Source: the human T2T-CHM13v2.0 reference genome, Homo sapiens
Assembly: GCF_009914755.1 (NCBI RefSeq)
Contig: NC_060928.1
DNA length: 64,000 nt
Strand: one strand, 5' to 3'
Shown here: positions 11,514 to 26,233 of the stretch, piece after piece
Layout: every line of letters starts with the position of its first letter
How positions within the stretch are numbered: position 1 is the first letter of the stretch
Program-made: the position numbers and the translations under genes
Notes under the pieces: generated by a model
Told to the model about the DNA's origin: nothing
Seen by the model: only the letters and a program-made list of their open reading frames with translations
Database searches by the model: none

Positions 11514-13884
11514 ACATGTTAGGCCGTGATGAGATGCTCATCACAGATAATTCTGAAATCATCCTTTTACCCATAAGGTGATGGCAGCCCACAAGGTGAC
11601 ACCAGCCCTAAAGGTGTCAAAGTGAACACTTTAACTAATAAGCTGTTTTGAAGGCCCTGGACAAAGAAATGGGTTTGCAGATCACGACCAATAAAGATAA
11701 TGAGCATTTGCACTGTTAGGTGCCATTTCCAACTAAATCAAACCCTCTGGCCAGTACGAAAAGGGTTAGGGGGAAGAAATCAAACAGCAAATCTGCTGAG
11801 AAAGCCAAATGAGCCCATCTTCCATAACCCCTCTTCTCATCTTTTTATTTTTTTTTAATAACAACAAGGGAAAGTAGAAATAGCAAGGGGACAATTTTTT
11901 TCTAGATATACTGCTGTGGAATAGAAAAGTCTCAATATCAACTCCACAACAATTGTCAAATTCTGTTGTATATTATGGGGGAAAGAAAGTAAAGCAACCC
12001 GGAAAGGGACCAAACTTAGGATAGTTACCTAAGTGGATCACATTTGGACCACAGGGTCATCTGGCCCAATATCCTCCTTCTACAAATGAGAAAGCTAAGG
12101 TTCAGAGAGCCGCAGAGAGTTCATAGCCAAACAATTCTCTAGCAAGAGCACCTCACCACTTGCCTTTCCTCTGCTCCACTAAGAAGATACCACTCGAGTC
12201 TACCATCTCTGAGTCCAAGGCTGCCCAAGACAATGAGACAGTCAAAAGCAGTCAATGCTTCCTAATTCCAAATCCAAACTGGGTGTTGGAAACTCAGGCT
12301 GACTTTTCCCAGCCAGGAAGATATTTGTCTATGACTGAGCAATCCCCAAAGTCAATACAAGACTCCTGTTTGCCAATGGCTTACTGCATGAATTTGGTCT
12401 GTTGAGAGCACAGGGCCAGGTGGGAGCCTGCACGTACAGATTATAACCTTGACTGAAACCCAAGTAGGGAAGGTGATAAATGCAATTGCCATTAGTCTGT
12501 GCCTTTTACCTCTTCCATTTCAATTGTCTCCTACTCTTACCTGACCCCACAGGAAAGCTGCACAGCAAGAAGCACCACTAAAAGAAGGGAGGCCTCTTAA
12601 GCTCCAGGGACTTGAGCTCCTAGCTGCAAATTTCCTTTCATTCAGAAGAACACTCGCCACCTTTTTTCTCAGCACAACACTTAGCATGCTCATGAGCGGG
12701 GGAAAGTGTTTCTCGCCAGGAATAAGCTGTAAGGTATATTTGAAAATTGAGATTTTTGAATGGCAATTGCCATTTCTCAGTGCCTTTCCAATGGGGGCCA
12801 TCTATCTGCAAAGTGACATTTTGTGATCCTGACATGGTGGAGACCCCGTGAAAAAACCACAATCAATCAGCTTCTAAAACACAGGCTAAAGAAATGAGGA
12901 CCTAGCATTAAACCTAGAAGATCTTTTATGATTGTTCGTCAAAGGAAAATAGCTAGGGATATTCATTTTTCAAATTATTCTCCCTCACTGGCCTCTCTTA
13001 TTGCTATTACCATGAACAATATCATTCTTTACCCACTGCAAGAACATTTAGCAAGCAAAATACCATTGACAATCTTTACTTTCAAAACCATTCACTCCTG
13101 GCAAGAGACAATCCCGGATGAACTTTCAGAGTGCTCAGCAGAGTGAATGAGTGACTTTTGGTTGATCTAATTTACATGTCTCTTTTTTCATCTATGTATA
13201 ATTTCTGTTACATGGGTATTTAATGCCTTTGTCTTCTAGAACCTGTAAGCCCTTTGTAATTATTAGTTAAGACTCACAGTCTGTTTGAAACAAGAGGTAT
13301 CTTGTCTTTGTAGAGATGGAGAAACTCTGGAAGGACTGAAGATCTACATGGAGGCACAGTTTTACCTCAAACCCTAGAGAGAAGTCAGTATGTTTCCCTT
13401 CACCCTCTGGTCAGCTTACCTCTCCATAAATGTGTGGCCATAAATTAGGTTCCTGCTAACCGCATAATTGCTTTCATGAACCCCCTTTCCTGGTTGTCCT
13501 GCAGTAGATCCTGGGTGCTCCTGGAAAGCTGGCCAAAGGAATGGGAAATGAAGGTGTCATAGTGGGGTGAAGAGTAAGGAAGGATCGGCCAGGGAGGAAA
13601 TTTTGACGGTTCTGGTAATCTTCAAATGAGTCTTCCTGATAATGTGGTCAGGCAGCAGTGTGGAGAACACAGCAGATGGAGGTAATACCCAGAGGCCAGT
13701 TAGAAGATCTTTACAGGGTGAAGCCACACCACCATTTTGGCTAAGGGAAAACCTTACACAGTATTGTGGAGATTCTATGAGATTAATGTAAAGCAAACAG
13801 AACAAGATTCCTTACAATACAAGTTCAATTATGATTGCAAATGCTTCAATGGTGCCTGCCTAAGCTGGGAACTGTTCTTTTATT

Positions 13885-14040
13885 CATTAAATCTTTGCAA
13901 CAACTCCAAGAGGTAGATAACTATATTTTGCCTCCATTTTTACAGATGAGAAAATTAAGGCACAGAGAGAATTAGTAACATAAGTTTTAGAACCAGAATT
14001 CAAACCCAACACTTTGTCTTCAGAATCTGTGCTCCTTTCA
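13885..14040 (-). mobile_element. MIR SINE
   Basis: CCATTTTTACAGATGAGAAAATTAAGGCACAGAGA. Confidence 0.8.
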
Positions 14041-14064
14041 TCATAGCAACTAGTATTAATTATG

Positions 14065-14582
14065 AAGGTCATAGATTAGAAATGGAGATTGATTTAAAAT
14101 ATGTTAAGAGCATGGTGACCAGTATGATGTAAGGATGATAAGAAAAGGGATGACCTAGGCTGGCTTCTAGGGTTTTTCCTGATAATCCATGGTTTTTCTC
14201 ACTGCTGTGCAGAATATAGAAAGAGAAGCATGCTTAAGACCTGTTGACCAAGTCTGATGTGTCTGCAGAATATTCAGGTAAAAATGGCTAATATGCAGGT
14301 GGTATATGGATCTGGGTCTCAAAAGAGAAGTTAAGCCCGGTGTTATAGATTTGGGGGTGATCAGAAAACACATGGGAGTCATATGAAGGGATGAGATCAC
14401 ACAGGAATGTGTGTGCAATGAGAAAAGAGAAGACTGAAGAGAATCCTTTTGAGGGCAGAATGGAGTGGAGGGGAACCAACACTGGAGGGTTGAACAAAGA
14501 AGAATTCTTAAAGAAGTTCAATGAAGAGTGGCTGGAGAAAGAGAGAGTGCTTAGTGGAAGCCAACAGAGAGGAGAGTTTCAA
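14065..14582 (-). mobile_element. L2 LINE fragment
   Basis: ATAGATTTGGGGGTGATCAG...GGATGAGATCAC, typical antisense L2 body. Confidence 0.7.
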
Positions 14583-14859
14583 TAGTCTTGATCTGATTTA
14601 AACTGTGTTTTTCTAATTGAGGAAAAAACCTTGTCTCCCTCCACTTGCCTCTTTAGGATACCACTTACAAACCAAATACAAAGAATTTCAAAGACAGCAT
14701 AGATAGACTGGGGCCATCAACTCATTTCTCAGGAAAATAAAGGCTCACTTCATTAGCTAAGGAGAAGTCATTGGGACCATCCTTCCCCTATTCTCCCATC
14801 AGTGGGACCAGAGATGGACCATCCCCCGTATCTGACCACTAAGGACCCATTTCCTTCTT

Positions 14860-15142
14860 CATCTCAAAGACTCTCTCCTCCATGAAGTTCTTCTGTATAC
14901 TCCAGTTGGGATTAGAGAGGAGATTCCTTATGGTCCTAGAGATCACCCATCCATAGCTATACATCACTTTTCTTGGACTGATTAAAATCACAGTTGCTTG
15001 TGTATCAGTTCAATTTATTGCTAGACCAAAAATTTATTGATGGCAGAGTTCACCTCTTATCATTTCTATACCACTAATGCTTGACACTATGTCTGGCCCA
15101 CAGTGGGGGTGCTTAATAAAAGCTTGCAGAGCACGAATGAAT
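14860..15142 (+). mobile_element. L2 3' end
   Basis: CTAGAC...GGCAGAG...TGTCTGGCCCACAGTGGGGGTGCTTAATAAA..GAATGAAT. Confidence 0.6.
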
Positions 15143-15499
15143 TTAAGTCTTTAGTGAAAGCATAATGAGTACATTTAAGTCAGCCTCTACAAGTTACTCC
15201 AGCTTCACCCTTATTCATTGTGCCTCTCCGTACAGAGGTACAATACAGACTTTCAACATCTGTAAAATGATTGAAATAGCAAGAGCTAGTGAAAAGCAAA
15301 TGATATTATACAGACAAAGTGCTTAAAACATAGCAAACACTCAATATTTGTTAGCTACTAAGCAGCAGCTCCTCAGCTTGAGGGCTGGCGAAGCTCCTGT
15401 GTGGAGGGTTCTAGAAATCCTCTGCCTTCTTTTGGCCTTGCTATGGGCCCTTCCGAACCCAGGGGTCCTGATTCCCAACCCACTCCTTTAACTCCTGTC

Positions 15500-15900
15500 C
15501 TACAGGATTTATAGCCTGACTGCGACAACTAATTTTGGAACTGTAATGCCTCCTGTCATCTTCCATAAATTTGACATAAATAAATCACAAAATACCCTTT
15601 TTATATCGCTTTTTATCTTGTCATGCTTCTTGTTTCTTTTGGAAACAGTTTTTATGGCAAATGCAGAGTGTAAATCCACCCGACAATAAAGCATGCCAAA
15701 CAAGCATGTAGAACAGGCACCTGAGAGGAAATTACCCACCATTTGCAGAGCTCTACACAATTATCAGCAGGATGTTCTGGAGTGGGCCTGTTAAACGCAC
15801 CGCACTGTATTGCTCGCACACAATTTGCATAGCCCCAATGTAAACAATATTGTTAAACAAAGGAAAGCGGGCACACACTGGTCCACATCTTCATTCTGGC
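15500..15900. promoter_or_regulatory. Candidate conserved enhancer-like element
   Basis: Repeat-free; CTGTCA 15553, TGACA 15572 + ATAAATCA 15580, TTTATGG, ATTTGCAT 15823, TGTAAACA 15839, AACAATATTGTT palindrome; retained CpGs. Confidence 0.45.
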
Positions 15901-15982
15901 CTCCTCTTGCAGCAACATAGAGTCTAGACTTTGCATGATATCTCCCCTGCCTGTTTCCTCGGAGAGGTCATTTCTCCTAAGG

Positions 15983-16195
15983 CAGCAACATCCAATAGAG
16001 CTTTCTGCAATCATGGAAATGTTCTGTATCAATGCTGCCCAGTATGGTAGCCACTAGCCACCCCTGTGTGGCTGTTGAACATTTGGCATGTGGGTAGTGA
16101 GACCGAGAAACTAGATTTTTAATTTTATTATAAGTTGAATCAACTTAAATGTAAATAACCACATAGAGCTAGCAGCTACCACATGGACAGGGCAG
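15983..16195. mobile_element. MER3 (hAT-Charlie)
   Basis: TCCAATAGAGCTTTCTGCAATCATGGAAATGTTCT...GGTAGCCACTAGCCAC...TGGACAGGGCAG. Confidence 0.85.
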
Positions 16196-16759
16196 TAGAG
16201 ATTATGCAATATGTGTTCGCTTTCAAATATCTTGTCCCACACATCTTCAATTTCAAATACCAGGAATCACATTAAGTATCCACTGATTACTTTCTCACCC
16301 ATCTCCCGTAGTTTATCCTAACAGTGACCCACTGGAGTAGTTCTTATCCTCTCCAACATTTAAAATGGGTATCAGCAGCTCAGAGAGCTTAAGGAATGAA
16401 TATGGACTCTCTCAACTAATCTGTGCTGGAGCAGAGATTTGAACCCAGGTCTGTCTATCAAAGCTTTGTTGCTGCCAGAGTACTTTTTAGACCAGGCATT
16501 GTGGCTTGAAGTTATTATGCCTCAACCATTACAGCAACCTGTGTATGAATTTGTTAGCACTGCAGGTTCAACATTCAGAGGAGAGGGCTTCTGTCTGGGA
16601 ATGGAGAGAGCCAGCTTCTCATCACGCCATACTGCCCACTAGCTGTTGGTGTGAGGCCATGCATCTCCCAAAGCATTTCTTCATGTGTGAGTACAGGAAG
16701 AAATCTCTGTCCCTGCCTACCTCTCAGCCTTGTTGACAGCATATGCAAAACTCATTTGA

Positions 16760-17400
16760 GGATGTGCCACACAGTAAAAGTACTGAGATGTAATGCCTTA
16801 TTATTAAAGGAAATTCTAATGAATCCTATAGCACCCTATTTATTTCCTGCCTAAGTTGCCACAAAAGCCATATGCAATATCATTACCCACATCGATACTT
16901 ACAGAACACCCCTAAAAGCCTACACTCTGTGCAGCAAAATTAAAGGAATGCATCCCGTGGCCTTTTTGGAATACCAAATTAAAGCAATGACAATCCACCA
17001 CAGAAAACCCACGCCACCATGCGCCGATTATTAACATGTTAATTTCTATGTCCCCGCTTTTGAAAATGATTCTGGGAACTACTTATTGAATTTTTAATTT
17101 GCAGATTATCGACCAAATTGGCTGCAATGGCTCTGAGCAATGGGGCCCACATGTCAGCTGGGTAGGTAAAGCAGACGCATGCAGACAACAGCAGCTCCAG
17201 TGCTGATGGGATTAGTCTGCCGACTCGGGAACCGGGCTTCTGATTGGCTCCTCGGAGTGTCAGGTTCAAGGGAAGGAATTTAAAAATTTCCCATTAGTGT
17301 GTATAGGGAAGGGAAGAGATACAGGAATTCTTTCCTAAAGAAGCTTCTAAAAATTATTACACAATCTGAACCTCCAAAGTCATTATCAGGTTTATCTTTG
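16760..17400. promoter_or_regulatory. Candidate enhancer/promoter-like non-repetitive block
   Basis: Many TAAT/ATTA cores, TGTCAGCTG, inverted CCAAT (TGATTGG 17241), local CpG retention 17010-17260. Confidence 0.4.
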
Positions 17401-17819
17401 ATGATATAAACCCTCCTTTTTCTTTTCCTTTCTTTCTTCTCTCTGCCTTTTCCTCCATCCTCCTTTCTTTTGAATATTGTAATGAGTAAGGCAGACTCTG
17501 TCTCTGCTCTCCTGGAGCTCAGAATCCTGCTGAAGGTTATCGACACAGAAGCAGTGTGTGAAGCGGTGTGCAAGGGCTGTGTTGAAGAAAGTACATAGGA
17601 ACATATAGCTTAGAGGTGGGGAATAGTGTATCAAAAGAAGCCTTCCCAGAAAAAGCAAATTAAAGGAGGAGGAGGAGAGAGTCCAAGAGGTGAAGGGAGA
17701 GAATGTTTCAAGCCCTAGAAACAACAGAAGAGAAGAACTGGAAGTAAGGAAGTACTTGGCACTAGCATCCCCATGGCCAGGTCCTCTCTCTGCCACCTTT
17801 GCTCATGGAAAGGCTGTGG

Positions 17820-18050
17820 AGGCCTCATGGTTGAAATCCTAGACATCAGGCAGAACAGCCTCCAGATCCCATAAGCCCCACTGTCCTCAAGCAAGTGACT
17901 TAAACTTTCTAAGCCTCAGTCTCCACATCTGTAAAATGGGAATCTGATAGTATTTTTATGAGAATTAGAGGAGAACATATTCAGTAGGGCATACAGCACT
18001 GTATCTGTGAAGGGCTTCATAAATGCAAAGGGCTTGCAGTCTTGTCACTA
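17820..18050 (+). mobile_element. MIR SINE
   Basis: GCAAGTGACTTAAACTTTCTAAGCCTCAGTCTCCACATCTGTAAAATGGG. Confidence 0.8.
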
Positions 18051-18356
18051 TCATCATATTCTTCATGCTCATGAAACTGGTCTCTGGTATCCTTTCTGCT
18101 GATCTAATGTCCTTCCTTCCTTCAGAGCACAATGTTAATCCCACTGCAACCAACCAGTCCAGTCCAGCCCAGCCCTCAGATCATGCTGGAGTCCCTTCCA
18201 CACCTAACGTAACTTTAGCACTCTTTAGTTTCCCATTCATTCTCTACTCATACTTTTATGAAGACAGTCATCTTTTTCTTCTAAATACCTTATTTCTGCA
18301 ACTGGATGACAGTAACTTATTCTTAATAATACATACCTTATTAAATAAGAACTATT

Positions 18357-18724
<368 letters not shown>

Positions 18725-18779
18725 TCACCAGAGAGAGTGTTATGGAGGCCTGCAGAGTAACCCTTCTCGCCCCACTGGG

Positions 18780-19180
18780 AGAGTATTAAGATTCTAATTT
18801 TCCTGACGAGAGCTCTGTGCCTCAGAAAAGCACAGTAGCTAGGTGACTTGTCTGAAGCCACACAGCTACTTCATGGTCAATGTGAGTCTAAGATTCAAGT
18901 CTTATGGCCATGACACTAAAGATAGAGTCTCGATAAATGTCTGTTTAGAGTCTTTAGGGAATGGCTAAAATTTATTGAGGGCTTACTGTGTACGCTGTTC
19001 TAAAAATGTCATCTATATGAGGTACACTAACGTCACAATTATCCCATGAGGCCGGGATTATCTATGTGTTTTATTGCAAACAAGGGAACTGAGTCCCAAA
19101 CATGTTAATTGGCCTTCCCAGCATCACTAAACTGGTAAGTGATGCAGCTGTGACCTACCTAGGCCAATTCTATATGCATA
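18780..19180 (-). mobile_element. Two MIR fragments
   Basis: AGGTGACTTGTCTGAAGCCACACAGCTA; TTTATTGAGGGCTTACTGTGT. Confidence 0.6.
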
Positions 19181-21103
19181 CTCTCGTAATAAACATGTAG
19201 CAATTTCTTTTACGCTTTTTGGGATACTTCCAGTGCCAGGAAGAACACACCAAACATGAACGTTCTCAGTGAGTATTTACTAATATTTTTAACAGTTTAC
19301 TCTATCCTAAGAAGTATTAAGTATTTTGGAAAACTGGAAGGCGTGGATTGTTTATTTTCTTTCAAAGTTCCCACGATGATCTCAGCTGTCCAGGAATCAA
19401 CTTTCTCTAATGTCTTTTTAAATTCAGCCCCAGTCCTAGACCTCTGGACATTCTGATGATTTATTTCTTTCTGCCACTGGGTCACTCATTGAACCCACAC
19501 ACGTTGGGAGTTCCAGACATATGCCTGCCTCAAGGGCAGCATCGAAACATGGATTACACACTCTCCACAGGAAGCAACTTTTCCTACTACTTGCTCAAAA
19601 TATCCCAGTATGTCCCTTAATCTTTTCTCCCGGGATGGGGGAGGACTTCCCTTTGTTTTGTTTTCCATTTCCCACAGAGATGAAGAAACCATTCTATCCA
19701 ACATGCCAAAAGCAAAAGAGACAGCAAGATGGTGATATAAGATATAAATACATACTGATTCCCATAAGCATTCTGTGTGATGGTTTAGAGTATGACTACC
19801 CCATCCCTGATTGACTGAAAGCAATGTGGACTTACTAACATTTAGACAGATTCTTACTTTACTAGCTATGCTTTACCTCTGTCTAAGGATTCCTGTGTAA
19901 GTCTGCAGAGGACTGAGGAAACATATGATCACCATAAATTTCAACTCACCATAGTAGCAACCCTTTGGTAAGATAGGAAACCAAATGACGCAAGCAAAAC
20001 TTGGCCTGCTGCTGCAAAGGGCTGAGGCATTCAGGTGCAACCTTCTTGGGCTTTACCACTAGAGCTGAGGCTGAATGAGTTAATGGCAGGCTCTGAAGTC
20101 AGATGAACCTTGCAACTCTGAGTGCAGCCCTGCTATTTTGCAACTTAGCAAAAAACAAGCTGTTAGCCACATGTCCCAGCCTGGCCCCTCCAGTTTTTCA
20201 AATCATGATTTATATGCTTGGCTGCTTACATATGATACAGGCACTGTAATGCGTGGTTACTGAGGGGGTAGGTAACGGGGTTGGGAAGTGCTACATAAAG
20301 GTTTAGCACAATTAACAAGCTTGAATTTGACCCTTGGAGAACAGTGGATTCCATTCACGGAGTCATGCGCTATGTTCTTTGCCTTGATCAATTTATTCTG
20401 GTGAGTGTTTGTGTTACAAAATACTTTAACTGCAGCTAAGGGACTTCAGGTCACTAACTCACACCCTTTCTTCCTACCTCAATGGAAACAATACCAGGTC
20501 GGTATCTATTCTGAGGAGTCAGTGACAACGATTTTCATTAAAGGTCAAAAGGCCATTATGTCCCAGATTTTTGCTTTCCTTTTTGATTTTTCTAAAATAA
20601 GTAAAATAGTACTCACTTTTGTCTATTTCCTAGTATCCTTCTGATGATGCACACAGGCCTGATATTCAGCACCGTGTAGCTGCATTGTTGTTAAAATATG
20701 AAAACACTTTCATGCTGGCTACCTCAGTACTCCCATGCCCACCGCATGATCTGCCAGACCTTTCAACATCTAACATGGCACAGCAGAGGGCTCCACGCTC
20801 CAATTTCCAAGCTAGACCCAGGTTAATTCTGATTAATTATTGCCCAAGTGGCTGTACCCATGGTTTCATATGTATATACATATATTAAGAATATTATCTC
20901 TAGATAGATGGGACACTAAATGCAAGAGTACTTAGAGATTTTTGGGAGTGAGTTTCCATATACATTTAAGGTAATAGTAATGTAGTAATTCATGTATTAC
21001 ATGGTTACTGATGTAACCATCAGTATAGTTGAGGCATAGTGTGTTGAGAATTTCCTAATTTGCCATTTACTGAAGGTTGATCCACTTTTGCAGGAAAACC
21101 ACC

Positions 21104-21551
21104 TGTATTAGTCAGAGTTCTCTAGAGGGACACAACTAATAGGACAGAAAAATATATAACGGGGAGTTTATTAAGTAGTATTAACTCACATGATCACAGA
21201 GTCCCACAATAGGCCGTCTGCAGGCTGCGGAGCAAGGAAGCCAGTTTGAGTCCCAGAACTCAAGAACTTAGAGTCCGATGTTTGAGGGCAGGAAGCATCC
21301 AACATGGGAGAAAGATGTAGGCTGGGCGGCTAAGCCAGTCTAACCTGTTCACATTTTTCTGCCTGCTGTATATTCTGGCTGTGCTGGCAGCTGATTAGGT
21401 GGAGCCCTCCCAGATTAAGGGTGGGTCTGCCTTTCCCAGCGCACTGACTCAAATGCTAATCTCCTTTGGCAACACCTTCATAGATATGCCCAGGATCAAT
21501 ACTTTGTATCCTTCAATCCAATCAAGTTGACACTCGGTATTAACCATCACA
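21104..21551 (-). mobile_element. Solo LTR MLT2A1 (ERVL)
   Basis: TG...CA termini, 448 bp, perfect 5-bp TSD CCACC (21099-21103 / 21552-21556); minus strand starts TGTGATGGTTAATAC..GTGTCAACTTGATTGGATTGAAGG. Confidence 0.92.
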
Positions 21552-24039
21552 CCACCCAAAATAAAGATCCTCTCCCTAAAAGATAGAAATGGACCCCCAG
21601 ACCATGTGTTTCAGGCATCTAACTTTATTGGTTGAGCTTTCTCTAAATTATATATATACATATATTTTTTTTTCCAGCAAACAGCCATTTTTAATCAAAT
21701 ACATAATACATAATCTACCGTCAGGACCATCCTCTGTACTTAGAAACAGCATGTTATGGCTGCCAAGTTGCTTATCTCTAATGATGTTGGTTAAGTAGGA
21801 TGGAAAAGAAGAAATTCATCTTCCCCAAATGACACAGGAATAAAGGCACTGACATTTAAAGAAATAAAATAAAATTTGAAATGTAAAACATCAGAGGTGG
21901 TGCTTAGGAGTAATGAAACTGTCAGAAGTTAAACACAATCAGGTTTAAAGAGATAATGATAAAAATGAAAATCTGAAATCTCTTGCCAGTAGAACAAACC
22001 TAGGCTAGGAAGATGAATTCAATATTTCCTGCAAATAAACAGCAGTTTCTAAAAATAGAAAGAACAGATGTGCAAGACAGAAAGTTTCAGAGAACTATAG
22101 ATAGAGATGGCCAAAGTATGACTTTCTGTTACTCATTGGGATTGCAGATGAGGGCTTACAACCCCTCAGGTAACTGAAATTTTTATTAAACTGACAGACC
22201 ATAGTTTAACACGTCCTTGATGGAATATACATGTGCTTACTTTTCAGACATAATACGTATGAAAGTGCTTTGTGAAGCACTAAACTAGTATCTCTTCAAG
22301 TGTGTTTCAAAAAATCAAGGACCTATGAGATACTTACTGAAAAATCAAACTACTTTTGTGCTGTCTCATACTATGTTTCTCTTATTTATTCACCACACTC
22401 ATGAATATATGAAAGACTCTGAAAAGTCCTACAATGGAATTATTTTTCTTTCTTTAATCAATATTTCCCAAATTTATCTGAGCACAGAAAGCATTTTCAT
22501 CTGTCAGAATCTGGTGAATGTTACATTAGAAAACGGTAAGATATTAACATTATTCTATTGGAAGATGCTTGAAAGACACATTTTCCATGCATATCTTCAG
22601 GTGTCCTACCCTAAGGCTTCTCAGAGGGACCATCTCAGACTTCGACCTGTGACTTCCTATGTGTGCCAGTGATGTTAGTTTGAGAATCCCTCAGCTGCTC
22701 GTTAAGCAAAGATTAACTGCATTATTATTCAATTGCAGGGATTCTACCAACTGACAAATCCCTGCAGGATCAGATAAGTCCTTCCTCTGTGGTCTTCCTG
22801 GGCTTGGGATGGATGCTGCTTGCAAACTTTCCTATTGCTTCACTCTCTCACTTCTTACCCAGCATTTTTATCACTGGCCAATGTTTGCAGGAAGGGCAGG
22901 AAGAAGAAGGAAGAAAAAATTTAGAGCAAGTGCCTTGTTTTAAGGAGAGCAGCCTTAGCCAAAAATGTCACAAATTAGCTACAATATCAGGTTCTCAATT
23001 CTTTCCTGATTTCCTCAGGTGCCTGGTCTTGGCTCTCCAAAGGCTTTCAGACTTTATTTTCCTTTCTTTGATTGTGCTGGTTAAAAAGATGGAATCTAAA
23101 GGAAATGCATCATAAAATTTATATTGGGCAGTCTTATCAGCATTGGACATGCATAATCTTGCCTTGCAAAGTTTTTGCTATGAAATTGCACACAAATTTG
23201 TTTCTTAAAGAGAGAGAGAGAGGAAACCCTCTATGTTTCTATGGTGTTTGATGTCTATTTATATGTTTCTTAAAGATAAAGCATTTATTCTATGCATGAT
23301 TTGAATTTTATGCATCTCTTCTCTTTGCCTTAACGGAAGTGAATTCTTATTGCATAGCCAAATTTCACACTCAATTTATTCTGCAGAGTAACTCCCTCCC
23401 TCCAGATGGGACTATAAACCAGTAGAATGGAGTTTTTTTTAAAGTGTTCCTAATTGAATATATGGAATCTACTTCTGAAATGAAATCAAAAGCTCAGGGG
23501 AAAACACAGAACATCATTGGTAAAGGACACTAATAACCATAAAACAAAACAAATGTGTTGGTGCCAGGATGGGTTGGTAACCTTTAAGGTATTGCATCAC
23601 CAAGTCATACAAAGGGTCAGCATATGGTGGGCTACGGAGGAGGAAAACTAGCTCTTGAGGCAAAAAATAAAAAATAATAAAAAATAAAAAATAATTAAAA
23701 ATAAATAAATAAATAAAAGATTTTTCCAGCTGCTTTGAAGATTATTGGAGATCAAAGAGAGGGACTTCTGATGGCATACCAAGATGGAAAAGGAGAGGAG
23801 TAGCAGTAGAGAACGGGCCCAAGTATTAGTAGATCGAGAGCTAAGAATTAGTTGCACCATGTCCAATATTTATTGAGAATCCAATAATAATAACATGGCA
23901 AAAAACTGTTCCCTGCTTAAGAATGTGTGTGTGTGGCATTGGGTGGGGATGCTGTTTCCGCAAACCATCTGTGACAATGTTATATACACGCAGAGCAGAT
24001 ATCTGCTATGGATCCAAAATAATACCAATAAGAGTAACA

Positions 24040-24676
<637 letters not shown>

Positions 24677-25120
24677 CAGTGTCTGTTTTATTTAGATAAT
24701 ATTGTTCAAAGTAGGACAGCTGTGGGGACTTGGGATTCAGAGCCATGGCTACGGGCGCAGCACAAAGGCAGGAGAGAGGTTATAATGCAAACAGCCACAA
24801 AGATAGGGTTTTGAGTTTATTATTAGCTAACTATTTAATTATTTTAAACTATTTTCTGCCCTTGGTTTCTTTATCTGTAAAATGGGGGAATTGAAATCTA
24901 TCTTATTCAACTGTGAAGATTTGCGATTGTAAAGTGGTATTTATGTATTCAAAACTGGTAAATATTTTTATTATCTGTTGTAACAATAATAATCCCAGTT
25001 GCCTACAGTTTGTTGGGTGGCATTTCTTAAACAACCATGTGAAAATAAGAATGACTTGGGACCTTCTTTTTGATTAAAGAATGAGTTGAACTATGGAAGG
25101 TTTCTAGAGTCTCTTCCTGA

Positions 25121-25441
<321 letters not shown>

Positions 25442-25469
25442 TAGGCTATTCATTCTTAAGAGCATAACA

Positions 25470-25730
25470 ATAAATAGTGCAGGTGCTAGAACCAGGTTTT
25501 CTGAGTTCAAATTCTTCAGCCAGTTACCAGTGGTGCAATCTTGAGCAAATTATGTAAACCCTTAAGAATCTTTATTTCTAATTTACAATATTCAAATAGC
25601 ATAATGATCTCAGTTTCAGCATCTGCAGTACACAAATAACCATAGTAACTACTGGATATGGTTGTTGCAAGAATCAAATAAATTAACCTACTTAAAGCAA
25701 TGGCTGCCCAATAAATGTTAGCAATAATGA
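25470..25730 (+). mobile_element. MIR SINE
   Basis: CTGAGTTCAAATTC...TTGAGCAAATTA...CAATAAATGTTAGC. Confidence 0.6.
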
Positions 25731-26233
25731 TGAAGATAGCAATGAGAACAATAATGATAGTCCTTTATCAGCCAGCTATTGGAGTTTGAAATTCTCGCCA
25801 TACAAGTAAGTCAGGTGTGGTTTAGCAAATATGAGACATTCAGAAAAATGAAGGGCAGAATGTGCAAGGAATGAACACAAGGGTGAATAAACTATAATGT
25901 GGGGCAGGAAAGAGGAATCATGGGACATTTATTTGATCATTAAATAAAGAAGGATCCTAAAACCTAGTGATTTTGCTAAAAACATTCCAACAGTTCTGTA
26001 GGCTTGGGACCCTGAAGAGGAGTAGAGCTGATCTCTGGGGAAAGACATGCACTGAGAAAGATAAGTGGGATATTAAAAGGAGGGTGAGGGTGGGGATGGG
26101 GGTGTTAACACCTTCACAAAGAGATCCCTCTTGGAAGTGAAGTGTATAACTTTTGCTTTCCAAAAAAGTTTGATGATATCTTTTCATACGATGGCCTGAA
26201 TTGACCATTTATCTAGACAACCTTTCCAGCAGC

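Noticed and set aside
15689-15711. p53/p63 response element (two CATG half-sites)
   Set aside because: Several mismatches in the YYY positions and a 3-bp spacer
20665-20685. REST/RE1 site (TTCAGCACC)
   Set aside because: Only the left half matches; the GGACAG right half is absent
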